The position numbers were made by a program, and so were the translations under genes. Positions 21,601 to 31,549 of a stretch of DNA of 64,000 nt are shown one piece after another; the stretch's first letter is position 1; every line of letters begins with the position of its first letter. The stretch lies in the UHGV virus genome UHGV-0038016. One strand, given 5' to 3'. The notes beneath the pieces were generated by a model. The model was not told where the DNA came from. It was given only the letters and a program-made list of their open reading frames with translations, and did not search any database. Origin of the DNA: a virus.

Positions 21601-24600
21601 GTTTTTCAATTTCACTTAAGATATGATCTAATTTATAATATCTATCTAATTCTAATTCTAAATTATCAACATCTTTTTTACTATCTTTGTCTTCCTTTTC
21701 AATTTTGCCATCTTTTTCAATATCTTTATTTTCTGGGTCTCTAGGAACACCATTCAGACCTTCTAATGACTGTGGTTTATCAAGGTTTAACTTTTTCATC
21801 AAGTCTTCATTTGAGAGACCGTTTTTATTCTTGAATTCTCCTTCAAGAATTTGTTGGATTAAAGAATCTTTTTTCTCTTGTTCTTTTTGAGCTTCTTTAT
21901 TCTTTTTATCTACATAATTTTTAGCAAGATTAGAAGAAGGTAATTTATTCCAAATTGTCTCTGGAGCTCCACCTTCGCCCCAATCATTAACTTTATCAAG
22001 ACCTAATTTTTCTCTTATGCCTTTTGGAAGTTTATCAAAGAGTCCTCCTAATAAATCTCCAATTGCTTTATGAGCCCAATTCATCCAATTCAATAAAGTC
22101 TGTGACATACTTGCAAACAATTGGTTGAATCCATTGGCAACATCATCGTAAGCATTTAAGAAAGATGCTACAAGCTTTTGTGTATAAGTAAGATTTGAAT
22201 TAGACCAAATATCAGATAAAGAGATCATGTTGGTAAAGTGTTTAGCTTCACCAGCTAAAATTTGTTTATTCTTTTCATTATTTGTTTCTACTTCTTGTCC
22301 TGCAATGACTTGTAGATTTTCAAGGCTTAATGACTGTAGGGCAGTTTTATATTCAGCCAATGTTTGGTAATTAGCTGCATCAATGCCATAATCTTCAGCA
22401 ATTTTATTAATTGTCTTAGAATTATTTTGCATCCAAACCCCATAAAATTGCTCATTATTCATGACCATACCAGTTATAGCAGCTTCATGTTCCTCTGACA
22501 AGATATCATATAAATTTGAAGCATTTTGTTTAAAGGCTTCTGTACCTTTCTCAGCAGATTCCCTCATAGATTTTTCTAATTCTGGGAATTTTTGTTTTAA
22601 TACTTCTAATTGGCCGTCGTCCAAACCATTCTTTTGAAGTTGATCCAATGCTTGCATTGCAGCATCTATATCTCCAACGTGACCTAAGTTTTCATTAAAA
22701 CCTTCGACTGTTCTAGATGTTCTAGAATACTCTTCAGAAACATCAGACATAACATTTTGAAGTTTATCATAATCTTCAATTTTATCATTAATATTTTCGA
22801 TTTCTTTTCTATCACCAGTAAAGTCAGCGCCTTCTGCTTTAGAAAAATCAAATCTCATTTTGTTAGCGTCTTCAATCTTTTCTTCAAGATCTGAAGCAAG
22901 TTCTCCAATACGTTTTTGGGCTTTTTTAACATCTTTTTCAGGGACTACTTTATCTACAAAACTTAATGCTCTAGATTGCGCACCATCTGTAATTGGATCT
23001 GCAGCTTCCGCCATTTTTTCTTGTAAAGTTTCAATATTTCCTTGAACATCATATAAGGCTAATTTAGCCCATTCACTAGACTTGGCAATTTTATCTAAGA
23101 ATTCTTGAGCTTTTCCAGGATCTTGTTGAGCTATTTCAGTAAATTTATCTTTAATAAGACCCATATTTTGAACAAGATTTTTCATTCCTTCTTCGTCATC
23201 CTCAGATGCCATTCCTGCCAAGAAATTAGAGTTCATATAATTATCAGAAAAAGTTTCAAATGCTTCTTTTAATTCAGGAGTTTTATCAACTAATTTATTA
23301 AATTCATCGTTTGCTTCATTAAAAGGTACTACAATACTACTTTGAATATTAGCTTTAGTTTCACTGAAAGTTTTTTGCACTTCTGAAATTTTATTTTGAG
23401 CGTTAGTTAAATCTTTTAGAATATCATCTACTTTTTCGCCCTTGCCCTGTTTTTTTGCATTTTCAAGTTCTTTGGTTAATTTAGCAACTTCAACAGAATA
23501 GTCATTCATACTAGATTTAGCATTTTGTAGGTCAGAGACTTGCTGCACAATAAATGAGTTTCTATTTGCAGAAAGCATTTGATAATTATCTGTTCTAGCA
23601 GTTTTTTGTTGTTCCATCAAAGTTTCAAAATCTTTAGATAGATCTATAATTGCTCTACCAGTATCATCGTAACCTTTGACTAACTCTGGATTTGTTTGAG
23701 CAATTTTACCAGCTAAATTATCATAGTCTTCTAGATTTTTATTATACTTTTCAAAAGCTTCTGTGTCACTTGGATCTGGGGCATTATTAATAAATGCTTC
23801 AGCATTAACACCCTCAAAACGTTTATAGGTATCTGCAATATCATTTAGGTTAGAAATATTTCCATTAACTGTTTCTTGAAGAGACATAAAAGTTTTAGTT
23901 AATTGTTCATTAACTTCTTTTGCTTTTTCTCCACGAGATTTGAATAAATCAAATTTATCAACTATTAATGAAAATGCTCCGGCAGCAGCTCCTGCAGCCA
24001 TACCCCACGGATTCATAGATGCCATCAACATTGCAGAAGTAGTTTGTAAACCTGCAATTACACCATCTTGTTTACTAATACTTTTTTCTTGAACAGAATT
24101 ATAAGTAGCTATAATAGGAACTATTGTGCTATAAGCTAAACTCATTCCTCTAACGCCTTTTTGAATTAATTCCGTTCGTTTTGCAATTTGAGCAGTACTT
24201 TGAGCTTTATTTTCTAAAACCGTTCTATCAGCAATAATTTTATTTTGTTCTTTCATTTCATTAGTATATTGTTCTTCTAATACTACTTTTTTAGCTTTAT
24301 TTTCAAGTTCTTTTTGAGCCTTAGAAACATTATCAAGAGCTTCATACTCTTGTGATTTCATACTATCTCTAATTTGATCTTCGATTACTTTAGCCTCTTT
24401 ACGAACTTTCAATAATCCAGAATAGCTATCATATTGTTGGTCTATTCCTTCTCTAACTTTGTCAATATCCGCAGAGAATTTATCTGCCAAAGCTTTATTC
24501 TCATAAAGGGCTCCTCTATAATCATCTTCCCAAATAACAAGTTCTTCTTGTAATTTTTTAATTGAACTTGATGCTCTTTTATCTAATAATGTAACTTTCC

Positions 24601-26626
24601 CTTCTAAAGTAGAAAGTTGGTCAAGAGATACCTGTTCTGCTTTTTGTAAGGCTTCCTTAGCTTTATTAAGTTCATTAATATTACTTAAAATACGGGGGTC
24701 TTTTTCATTTTCTAAACCTTTAGCCGCTCTAGTAACATTTTTTTCATCTACGCCTTTATAATAACCATTTAAAGTAAGGGATTTTGCAGCTTCTTCAGTT
24801 TTAGCTTTTACCTCTTCTGCACTTTTAGGAATATCTTTTAATTTCTCATCAAGTTTAGTAATCTCTTTAGTTACTTCTTCGTAATTCTTAGCAGCTTCTG
24901 GCCCAAGAGTAGACATAATTTGATTTACTTGGGCTGCTGATTTATACTCTTCTTGTAGAGCCGTTAAATTACCCTCTTGAGCAACCTTTAATTTTTCTAA
25001 ACTTGCTGTAATTTCTTTGGCTTGTTTATTTAGTCTATTATTAGAATATAATTCTCCAATTTGGTTAGCGCCAAACATTTGTCCGCCAATACCAACAATA
25101 GGAGCAATTGCTGTAGCTAAACCACCAAGTCCACTTTTTGCGTCACCAATAATTTTTAAGAAATTAGTAGCATCTTCCAAAACACCCTTGAACATATCTG
25201 AGTCAACAACTGTATTTACAGCGCCCTGCCAAGCATTTTGAAGTTGTTCTCCTTTAGCTTTTAAAGAGTCCATATATACTAATTGTTGTTGCGCCGATGT
25301 TCCAGCAGAATCATAAGCTTCCCCAAGTAATTGATTGTATCGCTCTTGGTTGTTCATAAATGCACGGAATGTTTCTGCTTGATACTTACCAGCAACAGCT
25401 TCAGAAACTAAAGATTGTTGTTCTTTATTCATTGTTTGCCAGCGAGCAGCAATATCTTTAAAGATATCTGCAGCATCTCTTAGGTTCCCATTATCAAATA
25501 AAGAAATGTCTTCAATTCCACCAAGTTTAAAGGCTTCTTGAACTTTATTTGTGAAAGCTTCTACTTCCTCTTCACCAGCTTCACGCAATTGAGTAAATGA
25601 AGTAAGCATTGATTTAAACGCATTACCGATTGTTTCTGGTGTACGACGAGTTACTTCAGAAACAGTAGCAATCATTGTTGCTATTTCTTCAAATTCAAAA
25701 CCAACGTCTTTTGCTGTATTAGCAGTACGTGTTAAACCTGTAGCAATCTCAGCTAAGTCGGAACCAGATGCAGCCCCTAATTTAGCCATTACATCAGTAA
25801 TATAAGTACCAGCTTCTCCACCTTTTTCTTTTAATAGTTGGAAACCATTAATTGTAGCTGTAAGATATTCAGACATTTGGTCCGTTGCTACGTTAGAAAT
25901 ATTAGCGGCTGTTACAGTAGCTTCTGCTAATTCTTTTGCGTAATAAGCTGCTTGACCACCTTGTTGTTCAAAGATTAAAGAAGCATCTAAATAATCTTTT
26001 GTAGTGGTTCCTAAGGCATCAGCAGCATCTACAGCGGCATCACGATATCCTTCCATTTCTTTTCTAGTTTTACCAGAAACGATACTAATATCTGTTGAAA
26101 TTTCGTCTAATTGTTTTGTTACATTTAAAGCATCGGTTACTGCGCCTGTCACAGCCCCAATAGCACCAAAGGCAATAGTTTGTCCCATACCTTGTTGTAA
26201 ATTCACTCGTAACTGGTCAATTTGACCTGTTGTTCCTTGAATTTCTTTTGTTGCTAAACGAGCAGCGTTAGAGATAGATTTAAATCCTCCACCATTGTTA
26301 GATGTTTGGTTTAAAGATTTAATTTCTTTTTCTACCTTTGAAACACTAGTTGCAGTTTGTTTAGCTTCATTTTGTACCGCATTTAAATTAGACTGGAAAA
26401 TTCTACCAAAATCTCCACCACTTTGTTCAGCTTCTCTAATTGAGCGCTCCAAGGCTGAAATTTGTAATTTAGCTTGTTCAATTTCTCCATCTTTTAAGTT
26501 AAGTTTAACTCCATCTTTACCAATGGAGTCCATTAAGTTTTTTAGCTCTTTTAGGTCCTGTTTACCAGCATCAAGACCTTCGTAGGTAGTTTTAAACTTT
26601 AAACCAACGTCTACATTATTTGCCAT
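18605..26626 (-). CDS. tail tape measure protein (2673 aa)
   Basis: An 8 kb ORF that is highly alpha-helical with coiled-coil character (K/E/Q/A/L-rich) and has Gly-rich hydrophobic segments. Lies between the tail chaperone region and the distal tail genes. Its length implies a very long non-contractile tail. Confidence 0.85.
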   Translation of the reverse strand: MANNVDVGLKFKTTYEGLDAGKQDLKELKNLMDSIGKDGVKLNLKDGEIEQAKLQISALERSIREAEQSGGDFGRIFQSNLNAVQNEAKQTATSVSKVEKEIKSLNQTSNNGGGFKSISNAARLATKEIQGTTGQIDQLRVNLQQGMGQTIAFGAIGAVTGAVTDALNVTKQLDEISTDISIVSGKTRKEMEGYRDAAVDAADALGTTTKDYLDASLIFEQQGGQAAYYAKELAEATVTAANISNVATDQMSEYLTATINGFQLLKEKGGEAGTYITDVMAKLGAASGSDLAEIATGLTRTANTAKDVGFEFEEIATMIATVSEVTRRTPETIGNAFKSMLTSFTQLREAGEEEVEAFTNKVQEAFKLGGIEDISLFDNGNLRDAADIFKDIAARWQTMNKEQQSLVSEAVAGKYQAETFRAFMNNQERYNQLLGEAYDSAGTSAQQQLVYMDSLKAKGEQLQNAWQGAVNTVVDSDMFKGVLEDATNFLKIIGDAKSGLGGLATAIAPIVGIGGQMFGANQIGELYSNNRLNKQAKEITASLEKLKVAQEGNLTALQEEYKSAAQVNQIMSTLGPEAAKNYEEVTKEITKLDEKLKDIPKSAEEVKAKTEEAAKSLTLNGYYKGVDEKNVTRAAKGLENEKDPRILSNINELNKAKEALQKAEQVSLDQLSTLEGKVTLLDKRASSSIKKLQEELVIWEDDYRGALYENKALADKFSADIDKVREGIDQQYDSYSGLLKVRKEAKVIEDQIRDSMKSQEYEALDNVSKAQKELENKAKKVVLEEQYTNEMKEQNKIIADRTVLENKAQSTAQIAKRTELIQKGVRGMSLAYSTIVPIIATYNSVQEKSISKQDGVIAGLQTTSAMLMASMNPWGMAAGAAAGAFSLIVDKFDLFKSRGEKAKEVNEQLTKTFMSLQETVNGNISNLNDIADTYKRFEGVNAEAFINNAPDPSDTEAFEKYNKNLEDYDNLAGKIAQTNPELVKGYDDTGRAIIDLSKDFETLMEQQKTARTDNYQMLSANRNSFIVQQVSDLQNAKSSMNDYSVEVAKLTKELENAKKQGKGEKVDDILKDLTNAQNKISEVQKTFSETKANIQSSIVVPFNEANDEFNKLVDKTPELKEAFETFSDNYMNSNFLAGMASEDDEEGMKNLVQNMGLIKDKFTEIAQQDPGKAQEFLDKIAKSSEWAKLALYDVQGNIETLQEKMAEAADPITDGAQSRALSFVDKVVPEKDVKKAQKRIGELASDLEEKIEDANKMRFDFSKAEGADFTGDRKEIENINDKIEDYDKLQNVMSDVSEEYSRTSRTVEGFNENLGHVGDIDAAMQALDQLQKNGLDDGQLEVLKQKFPELEKSMRESAEKGTEAFKQNASNLYDILSEEHEAAITGMVMNNEQFYGVWMQNNSKTINKIAEDYGIDAANYQTLAEYKTALQSLSLENLQVIAGQEVETNNEKNKQILAGEAKHFTNMISLSDIWSNSNLTYTQKLVASFLNAYDDVANGFNQLFASMSQTLLNWMNWAHKAIGDLLGGLFDKLPKGIREKLGLDKVNDWGEGGAPETIWNKLPSSNLAKNYVDKKNKEAQKEQEKKDSLIQQILEGEFKNKNGLSNEDLMKKLNLDKPQSLEGLNGVPRDPENKDIEKDGKIEKEDKDSKKDVDNLELELDRYYKLDHILSEIEKRYSELSDAKDAAYGNDRLNIMKQEEQLLAQKAGVLKQYTAELNKEQDELRNKLASQGFTFSANGDIDNLNQKLTDLQNAANSKTGDAKEDAIDAVKKIQEEASRYQDITFNLIPDKQKTLNEIKKQLSEIARERIEYTVKLRVDKDEFKSDVLDVVKEMQDSYADLDEKAQIVGKEMKQALDNVSYWQSMMNQVRNDRGLTDSDRQDLLQEYNKNLLDAVSKARSGYKELLEVQADFVKQSIEAINKVNDRYDNLFEKAGQLAAKTEELYGTKAYGKIVGYFDTQEKAINGQVKNLQEAQRRMIKYRNSVKQGSDAWNEANDAINEMADSISDALLKKLELAQKRFELFTQSVEDGFQKMFGTWGLDGVIDDFDKLTEKQDKYFSNFEKFTNISSKIKEINDEIAKTQDPKRAKELADFRDKELSALLAQDKVSQDDYDRAMKMYDIKQKELALQERENAKRTAQLVRDANGNMTYEYVRTETEDLSSEIADLQKQKDELYAFDSDKVRESAKGVFDTISKYQDKIKELQDKGLDPAEYKKELQKLLDEAEDEIKDKTNEMNKWLENAGKDGLSNLQGMVANGTITPDQLGVDKNTLSSIFSAMKDGTLTVQDMLSGDFDDFASSIGMTADQLSGTMDKLLELILGDNLDIAEAMMDASNKWTSTAQQNVNNLGNAYAEYMSQATKVLNDYSSSTGRLNDLLNQTNQASQQVISTIDKQTQAMLRSQRQTDATSNSVLNLQNRLIGSNGNSGLFGSMVQLQRTMNEQLQPSMVNTGKQTDILSGKTYNSAVKYNAMGNEARFAYQRVNAFSDQPTKVAMTNIDRITGKTNNTAGAFRNVKRDAKEGRNSIIDFSSAISTLAGYGSYKVSGGSTKKAASLDSGGYTGTWSNSTNNAEGRMAILHEKELILNKEDTKNILESVKMQRGLMESIKGRGSSVKNSIQNMSSNISNIQNSNRMSTVEQNITLSPNFPNARDRSEIEAAFEGLLGKASTYVGKK

Positions 26627-26648
26627 TTAATTCCTCTCCTTTTGCTCT

Positions 26649-28007
26649 CTATGTTGTAAATTTAACAGGCATATTAGCTAATATTTCCCGTTCTCTCAAC
26701 TCTCTAAGTTGATTTTGATAAGAACTCTGACTAGCACTAGGATGAATTTTAAGAGATAATCTTTTCTCCATAATTGAATAATACTCTCCTAAGCTAATAA
26801 CTTTATCATTAAAAACCATATAATCAATACGATCATTTCCTCCCATTGCAATTGCATAGTCTGCAGACAAGGAAGCTAAAAACATTGTTAATTGGTCACT
26901 AGTTCGTTTTATAGAATCAGAACGCCACATTAATGTCCCAGCTAATTGTGATCGAAAATCTTGATTATTACTTATTAAAGCAATAAGCTGATTTGTATTA
27001 GAAGTATTTAATGAAACTCGTTTAGTTTTACCATTTTTAGATAAATTCTTTAAAGAAAAACCTAAGTCAACTCCTTCAACAGTTGCTCTAAGGTCTGTTT
27101 TACTTTGTTTAACTTTAAAAGGTCGTTCATCACTTAATGTTACCGAAACTCCTTCTGCACCTCCCAAGAGAGCAATGTCTGATAATGCTTCATTGACTTG
27201 GCGTTCCAAACCACTTGCTAATTGTGCTTCGAAGGCAAAACCCATCAAATTGCTCAATGAACCAACCATTGTCTTTAAGTTTCCCAATGTTTTTATTGTT
27301 GACGGTGCTTGTCCTCTAACTCCTTCATAACTAGGAGTTGTAATAACCATATTCGATAATTGTTTAACAGACAATCCTTCTTGATTAACTTTATCAATAG
27401 ATTGTTTTAAACCTACTATTAAAGCGTCTGCATTTTGCATCGCTGTCATAGCACTTCGTTCCAATCTAAAGGCTTGAGAAATATTCCTTCCACTTGCCAT
27501 AGAAATAGAACCTTTTATCTGAGCTTGATCCATATTTCTAAAATAATATAAATCATCTACTCTTGAAAGTACATCAAGATATTCTTGAACTGAGTTAGCC
27601 CAATTTTCTAATACTTTGATAATTTCTTTTTCTTTTCCAGCCAATTTTTGTAGTCTATCGGAATCTCCAGATAATAAATCATTAACATATTTGTTTAACT
27701 CTGTATTATTTATACTGAAATTATTTTGTGCTATTTTAAAATTTTTAATAAAATCTGTATTTTCTGTAACTAATTTACTATGAAGACCAGCTTTTTCAGA
27801 AAATTCTTCGGCATTCATTCCTGCCCTAGAAGTAAAATCTGCTTCATAAGCATTAATATAATTTTGATATATTCTATGCTTTGTATCGCCTGAATTAAAA
27901 TCTCTTAAAGAGTATGATTGTAAGGGCTGTAAATTATAGACAGAATAAAATTTTAAGTCTCGTATGTTTTGTAACGTATAAGGTATTTTTGGCAGATTAT
28001 CGGCCAT
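26649..28007 (-). CDS. hypothetical protein (452 aa; track ORF starts at 28112, more likely start MADNLPKIPY at 28007)
   Basis: The internal ATG at 28005-28007 has an excellent SD (aaaaggagggagaagg-ATG). It also avoids the 62-nt overlap with the upstream gene. Confidence 0.45.
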   Translation of the reverse strand: MADNLPKIPYTLQNIRDLKFYSVYNLQPLQSYSLRDFNSGDTKHRIYQNYINAYEADFTSRAGMNAEEFSEKAGLHSKLVTENTDFIKNFKIAQNNFSINNTELNKYVNDLLSGDSDRLQKLAGKEKEIIKVLENWANSVQEYLDVLSRVDDLYYFRNMDQAQIKGSISMASGRNISQAFRLERSAMTAMQNADALIVGLKQSIDKVNQEGLSVKQLSNMVITTPSYEGVRGQAPSTIKTLGNLKTMVGSLSNLMGFAFEAQLASGLERQVNEALSDIALLGGAEGVSVTLSDERPFKVKQSKTDLRATVEGVDLGFSLKNLSKNGKTKRVSLNTSNTNQLIALISNNQDFRSQLAGTLMWRSDSIKRTSDQLTMFLASLSADYAIAMGGNDRIDYMVFNDKVISLGEYYSIMEKRLSLKIHPSASQSSYQNQLRELREREILANMPVKFTT

Positions 28008-28050
28008 CCTTCTCCCTCCTTTTGGGATAAAAATAGAGACAGGAGATAGA

Positions 28051-28389
28051 TTAACTATCGTTCCTGTCTCCTTGTTTTTTCTCGCTATGCTCTTTTTCGT
28101 CATGAATTTCAAAGTGTTCTAGCTTACGATTTATTTCATCAACTTTATCGGAAACGTTGTCTGTCTTTTCATTTCCTTCTCGGATAAGTGCGACTAGTTC
28201 AGATAATGTTTCGGTAAAACTTGCTATAATTTTGAACGTTTTATCCATTTGTTCGTTGTGTAACATAGTTTGTTCTTGTTGTTTATCTAAAAACTTCCCA
28301 ACTAACCAGACTACCAAAAGGATAGCAACTATTCCGATCGTTAAATCTGACAAACCAGGAGCCGCATTTAAAACATCTGATAAAGACAT
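28051..28389 (-). CDS. small membrane-anchored coiled-coil protein (112 aa)
   Basis: N-terminal transmembrane segment LTIGIVAILLVVWLVGKFL followed by a charged helical region. SD aaggagg. Confidence 0.45.
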   Translation of the reverse strand: MSLSDVLNAAPGLSDLTIGIVAILLVVWLVGKFLDKQQEQTMLHNEQMDKTFKIIASFTETLSELVALIREGNEKTDNVSDKVDEINRKLEHFEIHDEKEHSEKKQGDRNDS

Positions 28390-28426
28390 TCGTACTCATT
28401 CCTCCTTGTGATAAGAAGGTATAATG

Positions 28427-28936
28427 TTAGTTATCTGACACTGTTTCTGATTCGTTGCTGACAATTTCACTCATAAATTTAGCTACCATGCCTTCAATAG
28501 CTTTCTCTTGAGCAGTATATCCTGATACAGAAGATTGAATAGATTTTTGCATTTGGTCTGAATAAGAATTAATATAACGAATAATGTCTTCTAATTCTGC
28601 AGGGTTCATTGCATCTTGTACTTTGCCTACAATATCATTAGATTCCAGCACATCAAATAAATCTGCATCATTCTGAAGCATTTTTTCTGTAAATGAAAAA
28701 TTAGTATATTCTTTAACTAATTCTACACCAAGGTAGGCATCTAACATATCTTCTCGAATAACGCCACCATTTGCAGATTTCGCAATTACATAAGAAACAA
28801 GTTTAATCTTATTTTCAATTGGAAGATATTGTTTTACTTCAATCTCATAAATCGTACCATCTGCACCTTCAATGTCTACAGTGTTGACACTATCATCAAC
28901 CTTTAATTTAAGTTTACTAAAAGATATTTTACTCAT
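28427..28936 (-). CDS. putative tail assembly chaperone (169 aa, acidic)
   Basis: Lies between the major tail protein and the tape measure gene. Acidic C-terminus. Assignment is by position. No obvious -1 slippery frameshift partner was seen. Confidence 0.4.
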   Translation of the reverse strand: MSKISFSKLKLKVDDSVNTVDIEGADGTIYEIEVKQYLPIENKIKLVSYVIAKSANGGVIREDMLDAYLGVELVKEYTNFSFTEKMLQNDADLFDVLESNDIVGKVQDAMNPAELEDIIRYINSYSDQMQKSIQSSVSGYTAQEKAIEGMVAKFMSEIVSNESETVSDN

Positions 28937-28984
28937 AGTATGTTTCTCTCCTTTTTCTCGTATGTCTTTATCAATAATAAAAAA

Positions 28985-29032
28985 TATGAATTACTTATAA
29001 AAAAAAGACCTAGCAAAAATACTAGGTCTTTT
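28985..29032. terminator. bidirectional terminator downstream of major tail protein gene
   Basis: The sequence aaaaaagacctagcaaaaatactaggtcttttata has an 8-bp stem agacctag/ctaggtct with A-run and T-run flanks. Confidence 0.5.
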
Positions 29033-29039
29033 ATAATTA

Positions 29040-30074
29040 TTAGCACTCATTTTCGCCAATTGGTTCTTCAGCAACATCCAATGCAAACAATGCTTTACAT
29101 TTTTTGTTAAATGGAAGATAATCAGGTTGTGCTTCAACTTGGAATGGGAATGTACTTGGATCACCAGTAGATGCCATTGTGAATGTGAAGTTAGAACTGA
29201 TTTTACCATTTGGAATAGTAAATTGAGCTGGGAAGTCGCGGCTATCAGCTTGACGACGGAACAATGTTGTTGCTTCGATTAAGAAGCTTCCTGCAAATTT
29301 ACCTGGTGTAATTGTCAAGTTTGAACCTGGTTGAGCTACATAGAAGTCAACTAAGTAAACTTTAGATTCGTCTAAAGCATTTGCTCCTGAAACAGCTGTA
29401 GTTGCGCTATCTCCAGCATAAGCACTTGCTAAATAGAATTTTTTAGTTACATTTAATTCAGTATCGTCACCTTGTTGTGACTCAGCCAAAGTAGATAGAG
29501 CTGGTGTAGAAGGAGCTGTTTGTAAAGCACCTGCTGTAACATCAAAACGACGAGTAATTTCACCATGTTCGTTAAGTTCCATTACATAAATACCTGCTTC
29601 AGGATATTTAGCATTTCCAGCTTCTGTTACCAAAGTAGGGTCTGCAGCACTTAGGATTTGTCCATTTTTAGGTAGATATGGAGCTAAATCAAGTACTGGT
29701 ACTTCAGCAGCAGTTTTTTCTCCCAATTGAATAGATGCTTTTGTAACTTCTACACGTTCTGTAACGTGCATATTTACACGAGTATTTTCTGTTAAATTAC
29801 CACCTGATAACAATGCAAAACTACGTGTTGATAATAGAGCTTCTTCAAAGTTGAAAGTAACTGTTTTGTCACCTTCCCAAGCAAGTAAACGAGCATTACC
29901 ACGTCCACCTTGAGCGTAAACAGTAGCAGTTGTAGACTCCAAAGTTGAAGTTTTAGCTGAGTCGAAGTAGATAACTGGTTCACCTTTTTTATACTTAGTG
30001 TTACCAACAGTCATAGCACTTTTAGCCTTAAATACTACGTCTACTATTTCTCGAACGCCAAATTTTTCATTCAT
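29040..30074 (-). CDS. major tail protein (344 aa)
   Basis: Sits in the head-tail module upstream of the chaperone and tape measure genes. Followed by a terminator, as is common for major tail protein genes. Ends in the acidic tail EEPIGENEC. Confidence 0.55.
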   Translation of the reverse strand: MNEKFGVREIVDVVFKAKSAMTVGNTKYKKGEPVIYFDSAKTSTLESTTATVYAQGGRGNARLLAWEGDKTVTFNFEEALLSTRSFALLSGGNLTENTRVNMHVTERVEVTKASIQLGEKTAAEVPVLDLAPYLPKNGQILSAADPTLVTEAGNAKYPEAGIYVMELNEHGEITRRFDVTAGALQTAPSTPALSTLAESQQGDDTELNVTKKFYLASAYAGDSATTAVSGANALDESKVYLVDFYVAQPGSNLTITPGKFAGSFLIEATTLFRRQADSRDFPAQFTIPNGKISSNFTFTMASTGDPSTFPFQVEAQPDYLPFNKKCKALFALDVAEEPIGENEC

Positions 30075-30171
30075 TTGTTTTTCCTCCTCTTATATGAGTT
30101 GTTCTTGGAATTATATTCCCTAATACATCTAGAAAAAACCAAGCTTGTATTATAAAGTTTTGATAGTAAAA

Positions 30172-30987
30172 TTAAACTGACTGTTGCCAGTTTACTACAT
30201 CATCTGCTTCTAAACCTCCAAAAGCCCCAAGTGTAATCTGTGTACGATATTGTTGGAACATTTGTGTTCGATTTAACTGAATAAGAACCTGTGGAAATGT
30301 TAATTTTAAGACCTCTGTTATTGGTATACCATCACTCGTAGCTAAAATTGAAGCCATTGTTCCTATTACAGATTCTTCATCTTTTTTAGCCTTATTTTTC
30401 CCATAAATTTTAGCTCTTCTTTCTGCTGCTGCAGCCATTTTATCAGCAATTTTTTGAGCCATTTCTCCAGCAGGATTTAGTTTCGCTTCTTGATCTTCTT
30501 CTGATTGGTAAGTAAACATATCAGAAACAGTTTCTTTTAATTCTGAGAAATTTTCTGCATCAAGAGTGATAGTATTTATTTTATTTTCTTCTTTGCTAAG
30601 AATATCTATAAAAGATAGTTGAAGCAACATTTTTGTTTCTCCTATGGGAATAAATTTTACTCCTCGTAATGATTCAAAAATTAAAAATAAAAAAGATTCA
30701 ATTACTCTTTTTTCTTGAGTTCCTAAACAATATTTATAAAAAACATCTAGTTCTGATGTTATCGTATAATTTAATTCAACTTCTGTTGCTCCACGTTCTT
30801 CTTCGGGTATTCCTTTAAGTACTTGTTTTTTAAAATAATCTGGAGAAGAACCCGCAAAGATTGCTAAGGCATCAAATAGAGTTCTTTCTCCTAATAAAGC
30901 TATTTCTTTTATCGTTGGTTGATGAATTAATGTAGCAAAAGGTATAAAATAAAAGTCTGTGCCAGCAACTTTTGTTAAAATATCCAT
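30172..30987 (-). CDS. hypothetical head-tail joining / tail completion protein (271 aa)
   Basis: ORF from the track in the connector region. Confidence 0.4.
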   Translation of the reverse strand: MDILTKVAGTDFYFIPFATLIHQPTIKEIALLGERTLFDALAIFAGSSPDYFKKQVLKGIPEEERGATEVELNYTITSELDVFYKYCLGTQEKRVIESFLFLIFESLRGVKFIPIGETKMLLQLSFIDILSKEENKINTITLDAENFSELKETVSDMFTYQSEEDQEAKLNPAGEMAQKIADKMAAAAERRAKIYGKNKAKKDEESVIGTMASILATSDGIPITEVLKLTFPQVLIQLNRTQMFQQYRTQITLGAFGGLEADDVVNWQQSV

Positions 30988-30989
30988 TA

Positions 30990-31517
30990 CTATTGTATTT
31001 CCGAAAATGAAAACATCATAGTATAACCAAGCATTTTTTCATTAATTTTCAAGCTAGTTGCTCCTAAGAATGTTGCTGGCCCCAAAGATTTCATCTTAGT
31101 ATTTGAAAAAAGTTGGTCTAATTCATTCATTATTAAATATGGACGTTGGTTATATCCATCTAAATTCCAAACTTCTGTGTTGCATAAAATATCAAACACA
31201 AAATTATATGTTAATCCTTGTATTGTAGGCACAATATCAGTAATTTGTACTGCGATAAAAGTATTTACTTCAATATCTTTATCTATAATTGGTATAACAC
31301 CAATATTAGTTCTCATTGCTTCAGCTCGTTCTTCGTCTGTAACAGGTCTATCATCTGTTAAAACATCTGAACCATTGCGAGTAAGCAATTTAATTAATTT
31401 GTCACTTTCTAAAAGACGATTAGCAATAATATTTAGATTGTCCCCACTTGTGATAAATCTATCTTTTATATACATATCTTTTGTAGCTTTTTTGGTTTTA
31501 CTATCATAAATAGGCAT
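30990..31517 (-). CDS. hypothetical head-tail joining protein (175 aa)
   Basis: ORF from the track. Tightly packed with its neighbours. Confidence 0.4.
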   Translation of the reverse strand: MPIYDSKTKKATKDMYIKDRFITSGDNLNIIANRLLESDKLIKLLTRNGSDVLTDDRPVTDEERAEAMRTNIGVIPIIDKDIEVNTFIAVQITDIVPTIQGLTYNFVFDILCNTEVWNLDGYNQRPYLIMNELDQLFSNTKMKSLGPATFLGATSLKINEKMLGYTMMFSFSEIQ

Positions 31518-31549
31518 ATTAAAATTCTCTCCTTTAACTCATTATTTTA

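Noticed and set aside
28427-28936. Programmed -1 frameshift (G/GT-like) between the chaperone ORF and the next ORF
   Set aside because: The ORFs are separated by a stop, a 37-nt gap and an independent Shine-Dalgarno sequence plus ATG. No slippery heptamer was noticed near the 3' end.
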